A DNA stretch of 60,000 nucleotides from Laetmonice hystrix. Taxonomy: Eukaryota. The stretch spans positions 26,476,001-26,536,000 of the forward strand of contig OZ249436.1 of the NCBI GenBank assembly GCA_965235115.1, given 5' to 3'. The position numbers were made by a program, and so were the translations under genes. Positions 1 to 14,248 of this stretch are shown here, in pieces. The number at the start of each line of letters is the position of its first letter. Positions within the stretch are counted from its first letter, which is position 1. Below the pieces are notes generated by a model, which was not told the origin of the DNA, made no database searches, and was given only the letters and a program-made list of their open reading frames with translations.

Positions 1-3000
1 GGCTATATGCAAAATTGTAGTCAGGAAATAAGACCACATTTTGAGGCACTCCTGCAATATTTCATGGCTGCCATATTTTATGGTACACCTGTAGTTGATA
101 AGAGTAAAACGATTTCAATGTGTTGTGTCATAATTTGGCATACGGATGAAGGGTACATCTCCGGAACATAATCGTTACCTATTGCCAACAGTTTTGTCAT
201 TATCCTACAGACGTCAGACCGGTTTCGAAAAAAACACTCATCTTGAAATGACCTTTGGCCCGAACTTTTTCACAGCTAACGGATATAGCTGTGTTGACAT
301 TGTACTATGTGACACCTTGAAGAGGGTGTGAACATCAAAGGGATACTTATATCCTCTATGGGGGATATACTCCATCAACAAACAACAAAACAACCAATGA
401 AGGTCTCAATGGAGACTCTCAATTAAAAGTTTATACCTATATGCAGGAACAAGGATAATACTTGTATTTATAAACATTAACGAATTCAAACCGAATAGAA
501 ACAGTAAGATTTTTTTTTTCAAACTTGGGGCGACTTAATGGCTGTGTTTTTAAATTGTATACATTTGGGTTCGTGATGTGATGTGAAGTTCGTGAAGTGC
601 AATGATGAAAGCATAATAATGACTAAGCTGTAATGCATTCAATATTAGATTAATAGGAATATAGAGCAAACGTTCAGCCTAGTTTGGTCGGAAATACTCC
701 TTGAAATTTCGACCAAGGTTTTCAAATGACGAGGAGGTTCGGGGGGGGGGGGGGGGGGGGGTTCGCGTGGAGAGAGGCGAATTCAAGGCATTGAGAGGGA
801 ATCCTGACATTGTGCAGTCGAGATGTGAAAATAATGCATGCTGCCTGCCAGGACAACCAAAATGGCCGTTGGGAAGTGTCGGCTTTCACGACTCAGGACT
901 TAAAAGTTCGGATAAATATCTGTGATAGTCTAATAGCACATGGAAAGTGCACATAAATGCGTATTTAGAAGGACTTGATCAGTTGTGATAGACAAAATGA
1001 CTAAAATTTCGACAGTTTGTCCACATCGAGTAGTGAATGAAGACGCCCATTGCGGCTAGGTTTTTAACCAATGTTATCCATGACATCATAAGGATGTCAT
1101 GAATATTTCCCTAGGGCTATAACTAGTAAATGGTGGAAGGTAGAGCCATAGTTACTATACACTAATAGGAAGTAATATATGACCTTTCCTTTGACACCAT
1201 TATTGTTTAAGTCACTTGTAAATGGTTGAAGTCAGTGCCTCAGTGTAAAGGACTCGGATGACGTTTCAGTAAGGTCATCCAACAGGCTTTTTCTTTTTGG
1301 TAATGGGACAGGGTGTGGAGCGAAAGGCATGGATGAAGTGTAGAAATCGTGGATGGGCTGCTTGTTACAATGCTGACATAATCTAGGGTGATCTGCTACA
1401 ACTCGTTTATCAATACAAAAGGCAGTCAAGCCACTTGGATGCTACTGCCTTTTAACATGATTTCAAATTGCACAACTTATGCTTTGGTCTCAGAAACGAA
1501 TGACACACAGTTTGATATTAGGTATATCATAGGCCTACCTTGTAGAATAGTCGTTCTTTTTTGCAATTCCCAACAAACGGAATAGAATTGGTAGATTGGC
1601 CATAACAGAATTTTATTTAAAAGAGTTCTACTGACTATCCCGTTCGTTTCAGGTGCAGAGCATAACCTTGTTTGCAGACAAGTGGTGGCGAACTTCTGGC
1701 CTCGACTGATCTTGACGACATGGACAAAGTTTTCAATGTGAGATATAGTATAATGTTACGGTTTGCAGATAATGTTGTAGTTCATGAAGCGCCTACCATA
1801 TTTTTGTGTGTTATATTCCATTAGATCTACGAGTGTGAGGACACGGAACAGTTTACGCCATAAGTTCATTCAAAACATACGGCATTGACCAGTCAGCCGG
1901 CTTCCATCGATTTGTATAAAGTCTGGTCTGTGAGGTCCTTAGCATTTATTAACTTTGTTTTAGAACATCAAGCTAACAAGATCTTGCTCACCGCCCTTTC
2001 CATAATCATGTGTTTTTCAAAGCCAAACATTCACATTGACCGTTCGCACGGAACTAGTAAACTTGTTAGGCATGTGATCTCCACGTAATTTAGAGACCTA
2101 CCGTCACCAGTCTGTGTCAACTCGAGACAGTTATCGGTTAGAGGGTCTCATTTCAACGTCGCAAATCTCTGATTGGCGATCACGCATCGATTTCATGGCC
2201 TTTTATAGACTAAAATCTATATTCGGTAGACAACGAATGCTATATCTAGCTATCAGGATCCGCCAGCGCCATTTCGAGTGATGTCCCTGTCTAAAAGTAA
2301 AGCTGGCCAATTAAAGCAGTAATTTCCCCCTACGCAAATGGCTCGGCGTTTTGACGTGTGATGGGGACGACTATCATGTAGGAGAGACCGACTCACCTGG
2401 TCTGCCCAGCCCCAGTGCAATGTTCTACTCAAATAAAATGTTATCAGATTTATGATTTGGTATGTAGTATGGTTGACTGTATATTTCCAGAAATAATATT
2501 ATTAATGTTTATGAGGAATACCTATGATGATAATATGTGTATAATAGTTATTAACATTTTTAAAAAGATAAAAAAAAAATGTGGGGGATCTAGGCTTTTG
2601 ATAAGGGCAAACGCTCGGCATGATTTTATTGTGGCTGTAGGCCTATTACTGCATCTTTATACAAAAAAGGAATATCTAAAATCTGAGCCCCCTGGATCCC
2701 CCACTGATTAATACATTATTTTGACCAAAAGGTCGGCACCGGAAGCTCTTCAGTTTGATGCTGAGAATCCCGGAAGTAGCATCTATGGCCTTTTTATGCC
2801 CCCCCCTCGGCACCGGAACCTTCTGACCCCCCCCCCCTGCAAAAAACCCTGGATCCGCCCCTGAGCCCCCCCCCAGTCGACAATGTGATCTCACGGAGAT
2901 ATCGCTATGATCTCAAATTATGAGAAATATGACGTCACATTGTGAGAAATCTGAGTCGTCACCGAGAGCTCACTTTGAAGCCAGGTTTTGATCCCACGGT

Positions 3001-3014
3001 GGTATCATAACCTT

Positions 3015-3220
3015 ACCTCATCAAGATATCGAAACGTGACCTCCTCAGGATGTCACAACGAGACCTCGTCAAGATGCCAAAGTTTGACCTCTTCAAGATG
3101 TGATAACCTGACCTCATCATGATGTCACAGTTCGACCTCTTCAAGATGTGACAAGGGAACCTCATCAAGACGTCACAGTTTGACCTCTTCAAGATGTCAC
3201 AGTTTGACCTCTTCAAGAGG
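3015..3220. repeat. 24-bp minisatellite (~8 copies)
   Basis: Unit approx. TGACCTCTTCAAGATGTCACAGTT. Confidence 0.85.
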
Positions 3221-3789
3221 TTTTCAAATAAGGTTGTGGTACGACCTTCCTACAACCTTTTCAAGATATTTAACTATTATTTTGTAGGTTGGTCCTACCA
3301 ACATTTTGAAATTACGTTGTAGCAACGTAGTTTTGTAGACACCCAGAAAGGGTTGCTACAACGTTGTGGCACGACCTTCCTGGGTTCCAACAAGGGCACT
3401 CCAGGCCCAGGCAATTTAAATAAACTCCCAAAGAAAATCCTGGCTCAGGCAGAACCATTGCGTGGGCACGCTATAGTAAGTCAAGTAAGTATAGTAAGCC
3501 AGTTAAGCATTGAAGCTTAACACTCAAACCCAGTCCTCACTATTGATGTTTCCCGTCGGAAATGCAAATTGGTGTTTTCTATAATGGGTTGTTTAAAAAC
3601 AAGATATAATCGCTATGTCTCCATCTTGTTCTTCTCACAATCAAAGACAAAATAAAACATACTTTTACACAATAAATAGCTCTACTTGTATTACATGCGA
3701 ATGACTTAAAGTCGCTATAAGCTCACCTAGACTGTGTTTCAGACAGTCTAGTCAGTCTCACTGATAATAGCGCCAACTAGCGCACACAA

Positions 3790-4145
3790 CAGTGACGTCA
3801 CAAGGGGAGAATCGTGTGAGATCTGTGAGAGCTTTTCAACGGATCACGAGTATGACATCACCCTGTGAGAAACTTGTGACATCGCTGTGACGTAGTTCTA
3901 AAATCATATCTGTGACGTCACATGGTGAGAATTTTGTGAGATCTGTGTGAGATTTTCAATGGATCACGATTGTGATATCACTGTGTGAGAAACTTGTGAT
4001 GTCACTGTGAGGTAATTCTAAAATCATATCTGTGACGTCACATGGTGACGATTCTGTGAGATCTGTATGAGATTTTCCATGCACCACGAATGTGAGATCA
4101 CTGTGAGGAACTTTTGACGTCACTGTGACGTAGTTCTGAGATCTT
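3790..4145. repeat. 120-bp tandem repeat (~3 copies)
   Basis: TGTGAGATCTGT recurs at ~3815, ~3935 and ~4055. Confidence 0.8.
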
Positions 4146-5046
4146 TACATCACTGTGAGCTCACTTAGAGATCACAAATGTGATGTCAGCGTCTGAGATA
4201 TTTGTGATAACAGCATGACGTCATGTTGACATCAGGTGTCGACTGGCCTCCCCCCCCCCCCCCCGTAGGTAGGCCTGTCTCCTGACAGAATGCGCGCAGA
4301 TCCAGGAGTCATTCGGTCTTGGTTAACGTTGTAGTGGTTATTTCACGTAATGATCCAGAGCGATGCTGACTTGTAAGCTGACCAAGGTAACGTTCATCTC
4401 TCGCCGTGATTCCTTTCGGTCTACCAACCAGGTAATCTGATTCAAGATCCATACTGCCTGAACCGTCTACGGACTCTTTTCACAGTTCGTACAGAACATT
4501 GCAGGCGTATTGCGATTCTAGCTCTCAGATAGACAGACACCTCATAATGTTATTTTTACTCCACCGAGTCGATCGAAACACATGTAATGTAACTCTGAGG
4601 CCCGTATGCATAAAATAGATACATGTATAACTATACTTTGGTTTAACCAAAACCTGGTTTAGGTATTCCTCTGTCCCTGGTGTTCGGTTGACTTGAGGGG
4701 AAATCTTTTTATAGATACCCTTCAGAGGTGTAGGCAGAACTGAGCTAAAGGGGCGGGGGGGGGGGGGGGTTCCAACTGAGATGGGGGGGGGGGTCCAACC
4801 ATAATATTAGTCAGACTTCATTTATTCAGTTATTTAATTATCTATTGGGGGGGGGGGGCAGGCCGGAAACCCCATGGCTACACCCTTGTCCTTGACGCAT
4901 AACCCTATAAGAATCACGAAAGAGGCTGCTGTTCAATTGGTGAAGTAGTGGTCAACATGTCCTCACAACGAGGTAGGCCTACAGTCAGAATGGAACGGTT
5001 ATTCACGTGTAGTAATCTGATTGCAACCTGGCCTAGGGGCGTGCAT

Positions 5047-5622
5047 CATTCGGGATTCTCTCGGGCATATGACGTCACTTCCTGCTATTCGAATATACCC
5101 TCGGGTGAATTAGTGGCCATGTTGGCAACCAGATACATAGCCGAATGGAGCTGTGTAGTGAGTGGGTGAACCGTCATATCCCATCGAGCCAGGAAGTAGT
5201 GCATTACTGAATCCTGCTCCTTGGCATCGTATACATGTGCAAATATAAATTTCTGGTATGAAGGGGAACGTTTGAAGAAGAAAGATTAATCACCTAATTT
5301 ACCTAAATCGGCGCGTGATATGGAAATTTATCAAATTATAAGAAGCAATATGCCCGCGCCCATGAACGACAACAACACGACACATGGTAGGACTACTTGT
5401 ATCATGAACATGATTCTATCGCATTATTGCCCACTGGCTATGGGAAGGGCACTAGAGGCCTATTTTAGTTGCTTCCATGCCTGATGCAGACAAAATACGT
5501 GTACTACAAGCACTGCCGTGATTTCCAGAGTCCCGGCTCGAAGTACCCGCGATGCAATGCTCAAAATGGCGCTCAATTCACCTGAGGCTACTTTCGAAGA
5601 TATGGCCGAGGATTCCCGATTG
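5047..5622. mobile_element. Mutator-like MITE, copy 1
   Basis: ~24-bp imperfect TIRs CATTCGGGATT... / ...GATTCCCGATTG. 10-bp TSD GGGCGTGCAT / GGGCGTGCGT. Alignable over its full length with 21476-22033. Confidence 0.85.
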
Positions 5623-6199
5623 GGGCGTGCGTGAGGCACGGATTTTGGTGAGTCTCAAATCACTTCCGTAAACAGACATGAAACAAACAACGTTAGCGGC
5701 CACTTTAGCAAACGCTCGTTTTTCATAAATTTGCGTCTTCCGCCAACGCTTCCAGTAAAATGCTGTTGTATATTTTATAGTCCCCCACGGATATCAAACG
5801 CTATGTGCAGATTGGTAGAAAACAACGATATGCTTATAGTTTGCCAAATAGACCTATTATTATGGAACTTTATCTTACTTTCTGCGCGGCAGGATAAGCG
5901 CACAACGCTGGCGTAGTAATTATTTGTGAGCCATTCTGGTGAAATGTGCTTGGCTGTAGGGAGGATTACTCGTATAGCGTAATCTGACCTGGGATTCCCC
6001 GCTATATTTATAACTCTGCCACCGTCAACCACTGTGTAGCGAAGGAGGCTCGCTGCTACCGTTATCGCACGCTGCCGGTATTCTAACCATAATGTGCAGT
6101 TGTTTTGGTTCAATTTTAATGTGAGATTGTAGGTAAATCCATTTGGTGTCATATGAGAGGCAGCAGAGGTTGCAGTTAAAAGATAACAATAAAGAATCG

Positions 6200-6240
6200 A
6201 AACGAAAAGAAAAACAAACAAACAAAACAAAACAACAATA

Positions 6241-6271
<31 letters not shown>

Positions 6272-6305
6272 CAACAACAAGCAACAGCAGCAGCAGCAAC
6301 AGCAA
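6200..6305. repeat. A-rich plus (GCA)n/(ACA)n microsatellite
   Basis: Direct inspection. Confidence 0.9.
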
Positions 6306-7270
6306 AACACCGCAGCTTTAAGAACCCCCACATTCCTGGGTGATAATAGGAGAGCAATCGTGCCATTAAGTATATAGAGGCTTCTTTTCACAATTGATGC
6401 GGCTCCTTTTTAATGCTCCTATATATGCGAGAATTGGAAAAGTTTATTTTCAGGGAACATGCCACCCACGAAGAAGGTTGAGGCAACTAACTAATTTCCG
6501 ATATGCCATTACAATTTTAACATTGACGGTAGAGTGAGATGTAACTAGAGTTTGATAATATTTTTACTTGCCTAGTTTGGATCCCGAGCTTTTATGCTTC
6601 AATGAAATAAACTGCCTGCAATCAAGACAACATCAACGGTGCCGCCTTCAGAACTGCAGATGTAACAAAAACTTGAAACACGGTAACATGATTAAGTGTT
6701 GGCTACACGCCCGATGGCATGTTCCTAGAAATCATTGTTCCTGTGATGTTTCTGCAAGATTCGTTTTTATTCGACGGTAAATAAAATAAAATCAAATAAG
6801 TGACAAAAAAGGACCAGAAAACTATCTATATCCGAACGCTGTCATGCTACCATGATTATAAAGCTATATTACTGTCTATTATCCTGGCGATGGAAACGTT
6901 GCCATAACTTGGGCCTGGGGGCCAGTTGGCCGCCTAACTTGTCAATGTCGTCTGCGCGACGCTGCCAGCCGCGTTTCACAACGGCCCGACTATATACGAT
7001 GATAGTGTCACTGCCAATGACGCTGTCACGAACGGATTACCGGCCGTCAGACAAAACTATCGTCAGCATTCAAACAATGCCAGACATATAATTCAATCGT
7101 CATTATTCTGGTGGAAACGTTTAATAAAATAATGGTGGAACGTGTGGATGAATATTCATGAACTGAGAAAACAACTTATGCTCCTCAGAACTTTTCTGGC
7201 TTACTATATTGTATTCTGTCCTTTACCAGCTCCCCCTACACACCCACGTATAGAAAATACGTAGAAAATA

Positions 7271-7300
7271 AAGAAGAAGTAGAAGAAGAAGAAGAAGAAG

Positions 7301-7332
<32 letters not shown>

Positions 7333-7336
7333 GAAG

Positions 7337-7368
<32 letters not shown>

Positions 7369-7482
7369 GAAGTAGGCCAAGAAGAAGAAGAAGAAGAAGA
7401 AGAAGAAGAAGAAGCAAAAGAAGAAGCAGAAGAAGCAGAAGAAGAAGAAGAAGCAGAAGAAGGAGCAGAAGAAGAAGAAGAA
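7271..7482. repeat. (GAA)n microsatellite, ~210 bp
   Basis: Direct inspection. Confidence 0.97.
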
Positions 7483-8391
7483 AATGAACAGTTTTTAGTT
7501 TCTGTGGCCGATTAACTAAAGGGCCGAATACAGTTCTCTATAAAGTCGTGTTGCTTTAAGTCAGTAGAGTTCAAAACAAATTGTAATCCTGCAATCAGGA
7601 CTTATGCCTACCTCAAGTCCACAATGATAAAACGGAAAAGACAGGGGGAATATTTAATATAGGCCTATAGATTAAAAGAATTGTAGGCCCATGCTAAATA
7701 GGCGAGGCATATGATCCTAAAATGCCGGGTGATCGAGGTGTATCCGACGGAATACAATCTAGAGTGATAAAAATTTTGGTTCATCATATCACGGTCGACG
7801 TTTACAAGGTCCGCTCGTATAGATAGTCGACAGAGAGTTCAAAGATTGACGCTGACGACATAGGAAGTGGAAGCCCTCTCCCGGGGACTTTGAAACTTAG
7901 AGTGTAAAGTAATAGAGTAAGTCGCCGATAGGTGGCAGCATGGGGCTTTCTAACACCACTTTCCAGACAGAGATCGGTCTCTTCATTCGAAGGACCACCA
8001 CACTGCATTATGGGAGATTGTTCTAATTAACACATCACCATGGAACGCTAAATATAACCTTCCGTCGATGAAACAGATCATTTTACTAAAAGTAGTTTGA
8101 GGTGCTTGGTGTCATAAATAGGAAAGACTCCAAATCACAGCCAGTTCCAATCGGAACGACCGAGCCATGTCTGATTTAGGCCTACTTTGCTTTCGGGAAA
8201 TAGACTCGGATAGTAAAAGTGTAGAAATTCGACCGTGCGCGGACATTTAACGGGAATCCGCCGGTTGTGTCGTGTGATCTCTGATCCGGCCAACTGAAAA
8301 TTTAGCAGTGTCTGGCTTGTTGAAAAGCAGATATCCGCTTGATACCTCTGACAAATAGATAGACGTCAAAAAAAATCTATTCAGGTCTCTA

Positions 8392-8760
8392 TACAGGGTG
8401 AGTAAAAAAAACTAGACACTTTTTAAAAGGCCCATTGTTTTATTGCGTACCAATATATACAATATATATTTGCTTGTACTTATACAGCAACTCTTCCTGC
8501 ATCTTTTGGTACCAGTCATGCTTGATTGGTTTTCATGTGTGACCGCACAGGAGACAGTTAAGGTACAAGGGTGAAATCTGACCTATCCCTCGCATAGGGA
8601 TAGGATAGTTAAGTGTTATATCTCAGATGAAAGAGTGAAATTTACTCTTTCCTTTGATATCAAGCACATCTTGCTTCCATGAAGTCTTCTGTAACTTACT
8701 GACAATTCAAAATTCAAATATTATGCAGTAATACAAACAGATAATATTGAATATTATCAC
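8392..8760 (+). mobile_element. Left end of a Tc1/mariner-type non-autonomous element (right boundary unresolved)
   Basis: TA-CAGGGTGAGTAAAAAAAACTAGACAC terminus. A similar-type right end (CACCCTG-TA) of an unrelated insertion lies at ~50191-50199. Confidence 0.45.
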
Positions 8761-9207
8761 AGCTTCCCAACATTGATGCACACCTCGGGCACAGCTTTTG
8801 GCCTGGTTTTATGTCCTTTTTTGTTAGTTTACTCAAACTTTGAGACCCTATAACTCAACGTTCACACCAGATCACTCTGAACATGCCGTCAAAACATGTG
8901 GTCACTGCAGTGCTGCCACCTGCCAGCTAAGCCACATATTGGAGCATTGGAGAACTCACCTTTGTCTTTCTTAATGAAGTGGAGTGTGACGAGGAACGAT
9001 CAGTGGAAAGAGGCAAAAAACCGCCCACAAAATCTTCAGTGGCCTACTGGAACATGATGTATCACTGCCTGGCTCATAGTTACAGACAGAGATATGTGCG
9101 ACCTATCCCTCCTTTTGAAAAATGTGCTTGAAACTGTACTATTTTTTCATTTGTTACGAATTGGGATGCCCATATCTCAGCAGTTCTAATTAACTGAGAA
9201 CTCATAT

Positions 9208-9511
9208 GAAGAGTCCACGGGAAAAACGATCTGCCTGGCTATTGATCAAGCTTTGTTATAACCCAAGAGAAAAAGGTCAATTCGATCTGAGTCCGTAGCT
9301 GTGGGGGTATAATGATTTAGCATCCTTGTCCAAAACGATCTATGTCCACGGCGTCCAGAACAAGAACGATCTAAATCCAATGGTACAGCATAGGCACAAC
9401 ATATCAACAGACGAAAACGATCTAAGTCCATAAAGTCGTTTTTAATTTTCTTCGTCGTTTTCTAGCAAATCACTAAAATGTGACAAAGATCGTTTTTCCC
9501 GTGGACTCTTC
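9208..9511. mobile_element. MITE with perfect 25-bp TIRs, flanked by ATAT (Sola-like)
   Basis: GAAGAGTCCACGGGAAAAACGATCT ... AGATCGTTTTTCCCGTGGACTCTTC, with ATAT on both sides and internal AACGATCTA repeats. Confidence 0.85.
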
Positions 9512-12500
9512 ATATTATACACACTGGTAGACAGAAAGCTAGAGATGTTGTACACAGAGTTTCAAGGGATTTAAGCCGTTTGTTTTTGTCTGGCTCGTGG
9601 CCAAAAGTTGGTTCGCAAATATTCGTGTTGATGAAATCATGATTTCTGACTTGATCTGTACCACATGTCAATAACTATAAAAAGCATCGATTGATATCTC
9701 CTGATAGCAGCCTGTCAGATGAACCAATCCTGAAAATTTCAGAGCTCTACTTCTTCTGGATCAAAAGTTATAGGGACTTGAACATGACATGAAAAATAAC
9801 ACGCGAAAAAAAGCTCGCGAAATTCGCACCCCCAGGCATGTTTAAAGGGTCATGACTTCAAAACTATTGGATATTTTGCCCTAAAATTTTGCAGGGTTTC
9901 ATAATATATGTTGTAGTACATGTATGCAAAAAAATGGTTGAATTCTAAGGGGGTCACCCGGGGATTTTTCTGAAAATTTGACGATTTGACGTGGAATGAC
10001 CCATGTCGCAAGCTGGTAAAGTCGTATGATTTCATAAATACTGCAAAACTGAATGTGTCGCGGCTGCTAAAAACGATTGAGACCGCAAATCTTCGGAAAT
10101 TATCCATCTTTCCCGATGAACAATCCCGCGTTAGGCCGAATATACCGATGATCTATGAACTACTTTGCGCACTACGCGAGTTGTGATGTGCCCAAACCCG
10201 TGGGTCCGAGACCACAACTAGCGAAGCGACCGGAAGTTGGGCCGAGGTGTTCCGAATGCTGTTTTAGGTGTTGTGTGCGAGTCCGCAAGTCTTGCCTGTC
10301 CTTTGTGAATGAGGCCTCAGGTTACTGGGGAATGCGTCATTCCTCGGGTTACCACCAGGTGGCCATCTCATCGCACGTTCTGCGATCAAATCCACCATAG
10401 CAAGTTCTTCTGTTCAGTACTAGTTGTGTTGTTTTGTTTATAGGCGTCTAAAGCATCACTGGGAGGTAGAATGCTCTCAATATATATATAAATATACGCC
10501 GCAACTGCCGAAACTGCACCAACAGGCATCGGCATCCTTGCTTATGTGCATTGGCGTCAGCTATGCATCACAACCCCTTCATGGTTTTTAATGGGGGTAT
10601 CGGCTGAGTCATTGAAAGAAGAAAGAATATCGGATCATCATCAGTAAAAAATAAAGTATCTCAACTGACAAAGCAAGTCAGGATAGGCCTAATATTGTTT
10701 TCTTATTGGAATGTTGATGAATGTCGCCCCTCAATGGTCTCCGGTTTCAAAGGTCCTGATTTTGTAGGGAAATCTCACTTTTTTAGACCGTGACCTTGAT
10801 CTGAGGCCCACATAACCTTGCTATGACCTTGACAACATTTGTACCTGTTTTGAGGTTAATGGGGGTCAGCACAAAAACTACTAGGTGGGTACTGTGCGTT
10901 TCTATTTTTAGCCCCAAACTGACCTTTGACCTTAACACTGTGCCAACGTTAACATGCGAGAAAACATCCGTATCTCAGTGAGAAACGGGTGAATTGGCTG
11001 GCACAACTGATTTTGTGCAGTCAGGGCTATATCATACGTGGAATGCAAAGAGGAATCCACATAATCCCATTTTGCCGATAATAAATGGAGACATGTTGTG
11101 CTCAACTGAATAATCTCTAGTTTTTCAAATGAAATAGGCATCTTGTCAAATAAATAAGTGTTCACCATGTCACACATGTCTTTTCTTGCCTTCGTTTTAA
11201 AGAGGACCACTACTTTCAATATTAATTCTAAATCACCTTTAAAATGATTTCCTACTAAATCATTTTATACACATTTACCTGCAATGTTGAATACAATTAT
11301 ACTTTCACCAGATTTGATAGGGATATCCCCTAACGATATTTACTGCTGGGCAAGCTGTAAATTTGAACTTCATCTATTGTGAAGAAATCTCGGTTTCGTC
11401 TCCAACCTGCCCATAGTAACATTGTTCCCCGCCAAATTTGAATGATAGTCTCGATTTATGATAACAATACGTTTATTGCACAACGCACAGTGACACTATT
11501 CATTGATGAATGATGCGATTAAAACGGATATTGAAAAACCCAGTTGTGGTCCAGGCTGTAATAAAATGTCAAGTCTTGCGCACGTTTAGATCCAAATCAT
11601 TTGACATTCTAACCATATATGATCTAGTCTACACCCGCATGTTTTATTCCGGTCGTGCGAATTAGAAAGCGGTTCGGATGCTGCATAATATAGGACGCTG
11701 ATAATGACCTACGTCCAGTAGGCATGCGGCACTCATCGAATAATTATGTTTACGGGTGTGGGACTTTTGAACACGCTTAATAGCACCATGAAAGTATGAA
11801 GGTATCACAACAACGCAACTTACCTAAATCGACCTGTATGCTGGCAGAATCGATCAAAATGAATTTGTTACGGGCCGAGTGTCATGAATATAATCCATTC
11901 GCAGTAGAGTTTGAGTCATATAAAATCATGAATAGGAAAAGGGTGATAAAAAATACGGATGGAGTAGTTTGGTCGATGACGAACGACCGATTGGTATAAT
12001 TAGAACTGGTTTTCGAGTCCGCCCCAGTCGGGCGTCCAGTTTGGCTGACTAGGTCTGGATATTGAGTGGATAACTACCATAGATAAGGGCTATGTGCAAC
12101 GAGCGACACGAGCGGCGCTAATGAACACCAAGTCCAAACAACACCACGGTCATCATGAATCAATCACTAGAGAAACCTATCCTAGCATAGAAACCATCTA
12201 ATCTGGGGCAGTCTGCGACAGGCGTCATGCATAGGATTGATTTAGACGATGCAACGGTGTCCAAAGGCCTAAACTCTGACAGCTCCAACATTTGGATGAA
12301 TCGGAGATTTAATATTGGAAGATATTGGGCTCTTTCCCCTGTTTATTATTGATATGCCATGCATAAAAAGATATGATTTGCGACCTCACGTATTTGAAAG
12401 CGGATAAGGTCATCACTTTGTTTGGATTCTCTTGACTTTCAGGTACCGGGCGCTCGGCATTGGAAGGAGCTATCCCCACTTCATCCCCAAAGAGGATGAA

Positions 12501-14248
12501 AATTGTATACAAATGCGTTAAGGTTGTCTGACAGTGTCAGAAAGAAATAATTTGTAAGGTAAACAAAGCAAACACATGGAAAATACACACTGTCACCTAC
12601 TTAGGCCTTGTGATAGTTATAGGAAGCCCACCGGGTGCTGTTGTGACTGGTTGAAATGGCAGGAGGTAAATAGGCTATAGTTTTTTTTCTGAGATAGTGC
12701 CTTTCCAAGAGAATCCCCATCACAGACCTGTGGGGTCCTGGTCGTTTTTGCAAATAAATAATTTCGGATGGGAAATTTCCCCCTGGTCATGCCAGAAACA
12801 AATAATGTGTTATAAGTAGAGCTGAAAATAAATAATGTTGCACTGCAGATTATGAATCAGGTCAAATTTAAAAGTGTTCAGTCAAATAAAAAGAAAATGG
12901 GTGTTGTGACGGCGTCGCTTCACTCGGCCAATGATCCAGCTACTGTTTGTTCAAAAGTAGGGGAATGTGGGTCATCTTTACCCAACGAAAATTTGATGGG
13001 GGGGGGGGGGGGGGTTCTATACATAATGATGTGTGTATAGGACCCCAACCTCAGTTACTGCTACAGCCAGAATTATTCATAGTAACAAAACATACCTGCA
13101 AGTCCAATTAGGAGTAATTTTATTAAAACCTCCTAAACATGAACAAACGCGATCGAGTTGACTTTACAGGTCATGGCACAGAATGGAACAACGAAATATT
13201 GCATCTTGAACATTATCTAATACTGCACAGCATAGTCCGAAAGACGACGGGCATACCACAAATGAACCCCCCCCCCCAAAAAAAAAGAGAGAAAAACTAC
13301 CAGCCTCATGTGAAATAAATACAATTTTGCCATGAGGGTTGGGGAAAAATAATTGAGGCAGTCCGCTGTCTCGAAAAAAATATTCCCAAGAAAAACCACA
13401 ACCCCGCCCCCCCCAAACATCTGATGGTCGCCTCCTTATAAAAAGGTCATATAAATCGTATCGTATGGAACGATTTTCAGCTCTTTTAATGAAGCCACTA
13501 TAATTTCTCGTCGATTTGCCGCCCGAAAGTACGCCACTTGAAGAAGACAATAATTACGGTATTCATTGGATCGGGTTGCCATCAACGGTTTGAAGTGTTC
13601 GGGACGGGTTCCCGGGGAACAAGGTAAACAAACATGGTCGTACCGTACGTGCAGACTGGCCGACCAACATGGTCGATCAACATATCGTCATGACGACTCA
13701 CGAGCTGGCCGGTGTGTGACAGGAATGGCTTTTGTTGTTGGAACTAATCGATGGACTCTGTGGACAAACCTGACACGACGTTTGCTGCACGCTGCCATTG
13801 AAAGGCGCCTTGCCTTTGACAACCCGTACAACAGTCGTAAGGGATGAAGGACGACAATTTTGGAGGATTTCAAAGAGCTTCACTTTGTTAACCATGGTGT
13901 CTTTCCAATGACTGTTTTGTTTAGCTTAACGGGATGGGCAAAAACGGCATAAAACAACGTTAACAACCCAGTCGATGTGTCAGTTGTTACTCGGTTCCCA
14001 GGCAACGTAAAATGACGAATTCAGACATAATTATGAGCCCTGTCAGTACAAAGTGCCTTTGTTCAAAGCTCCCCTTTAAAAAAATCTTAACTTTTGTTTA
14101 CCTTTAAGAAAGTCTTAATCTTAATAACCTAACCTCGCGAGTCTCATGTTTAAACTCTAGCGTTTGGGTACTTCAATCCAGGTTTTCATTCCTTGAGCAT
14201 CCTGTACAATACATGCACGCCAAATAATCTTCTTTTGTCAAAAAATAT

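Larger units (their letters stand above)
2874..4246. mobile_element. Non-autonomous TIR element with subterminal TGTGA/GACGTCAC-rich repeats (possibly CACTA/EnSpm-like), probably with a second element nested at ~2981-3384
   Basis: CCAGTCGACA at 2874 and TGTCGACTGG ending at 4246. Internal 24-bp and 120-bp tandem repeats. No clear TSD. Confidence 0.55.

Noticed and set aside
5775..7417. Poly-Leu/Cys/Ala ORFs (also the ER/SL repeat ORFs at 19.5, 38.4 and 45.7 kb)
   Set aside because: Microsatellite translations.
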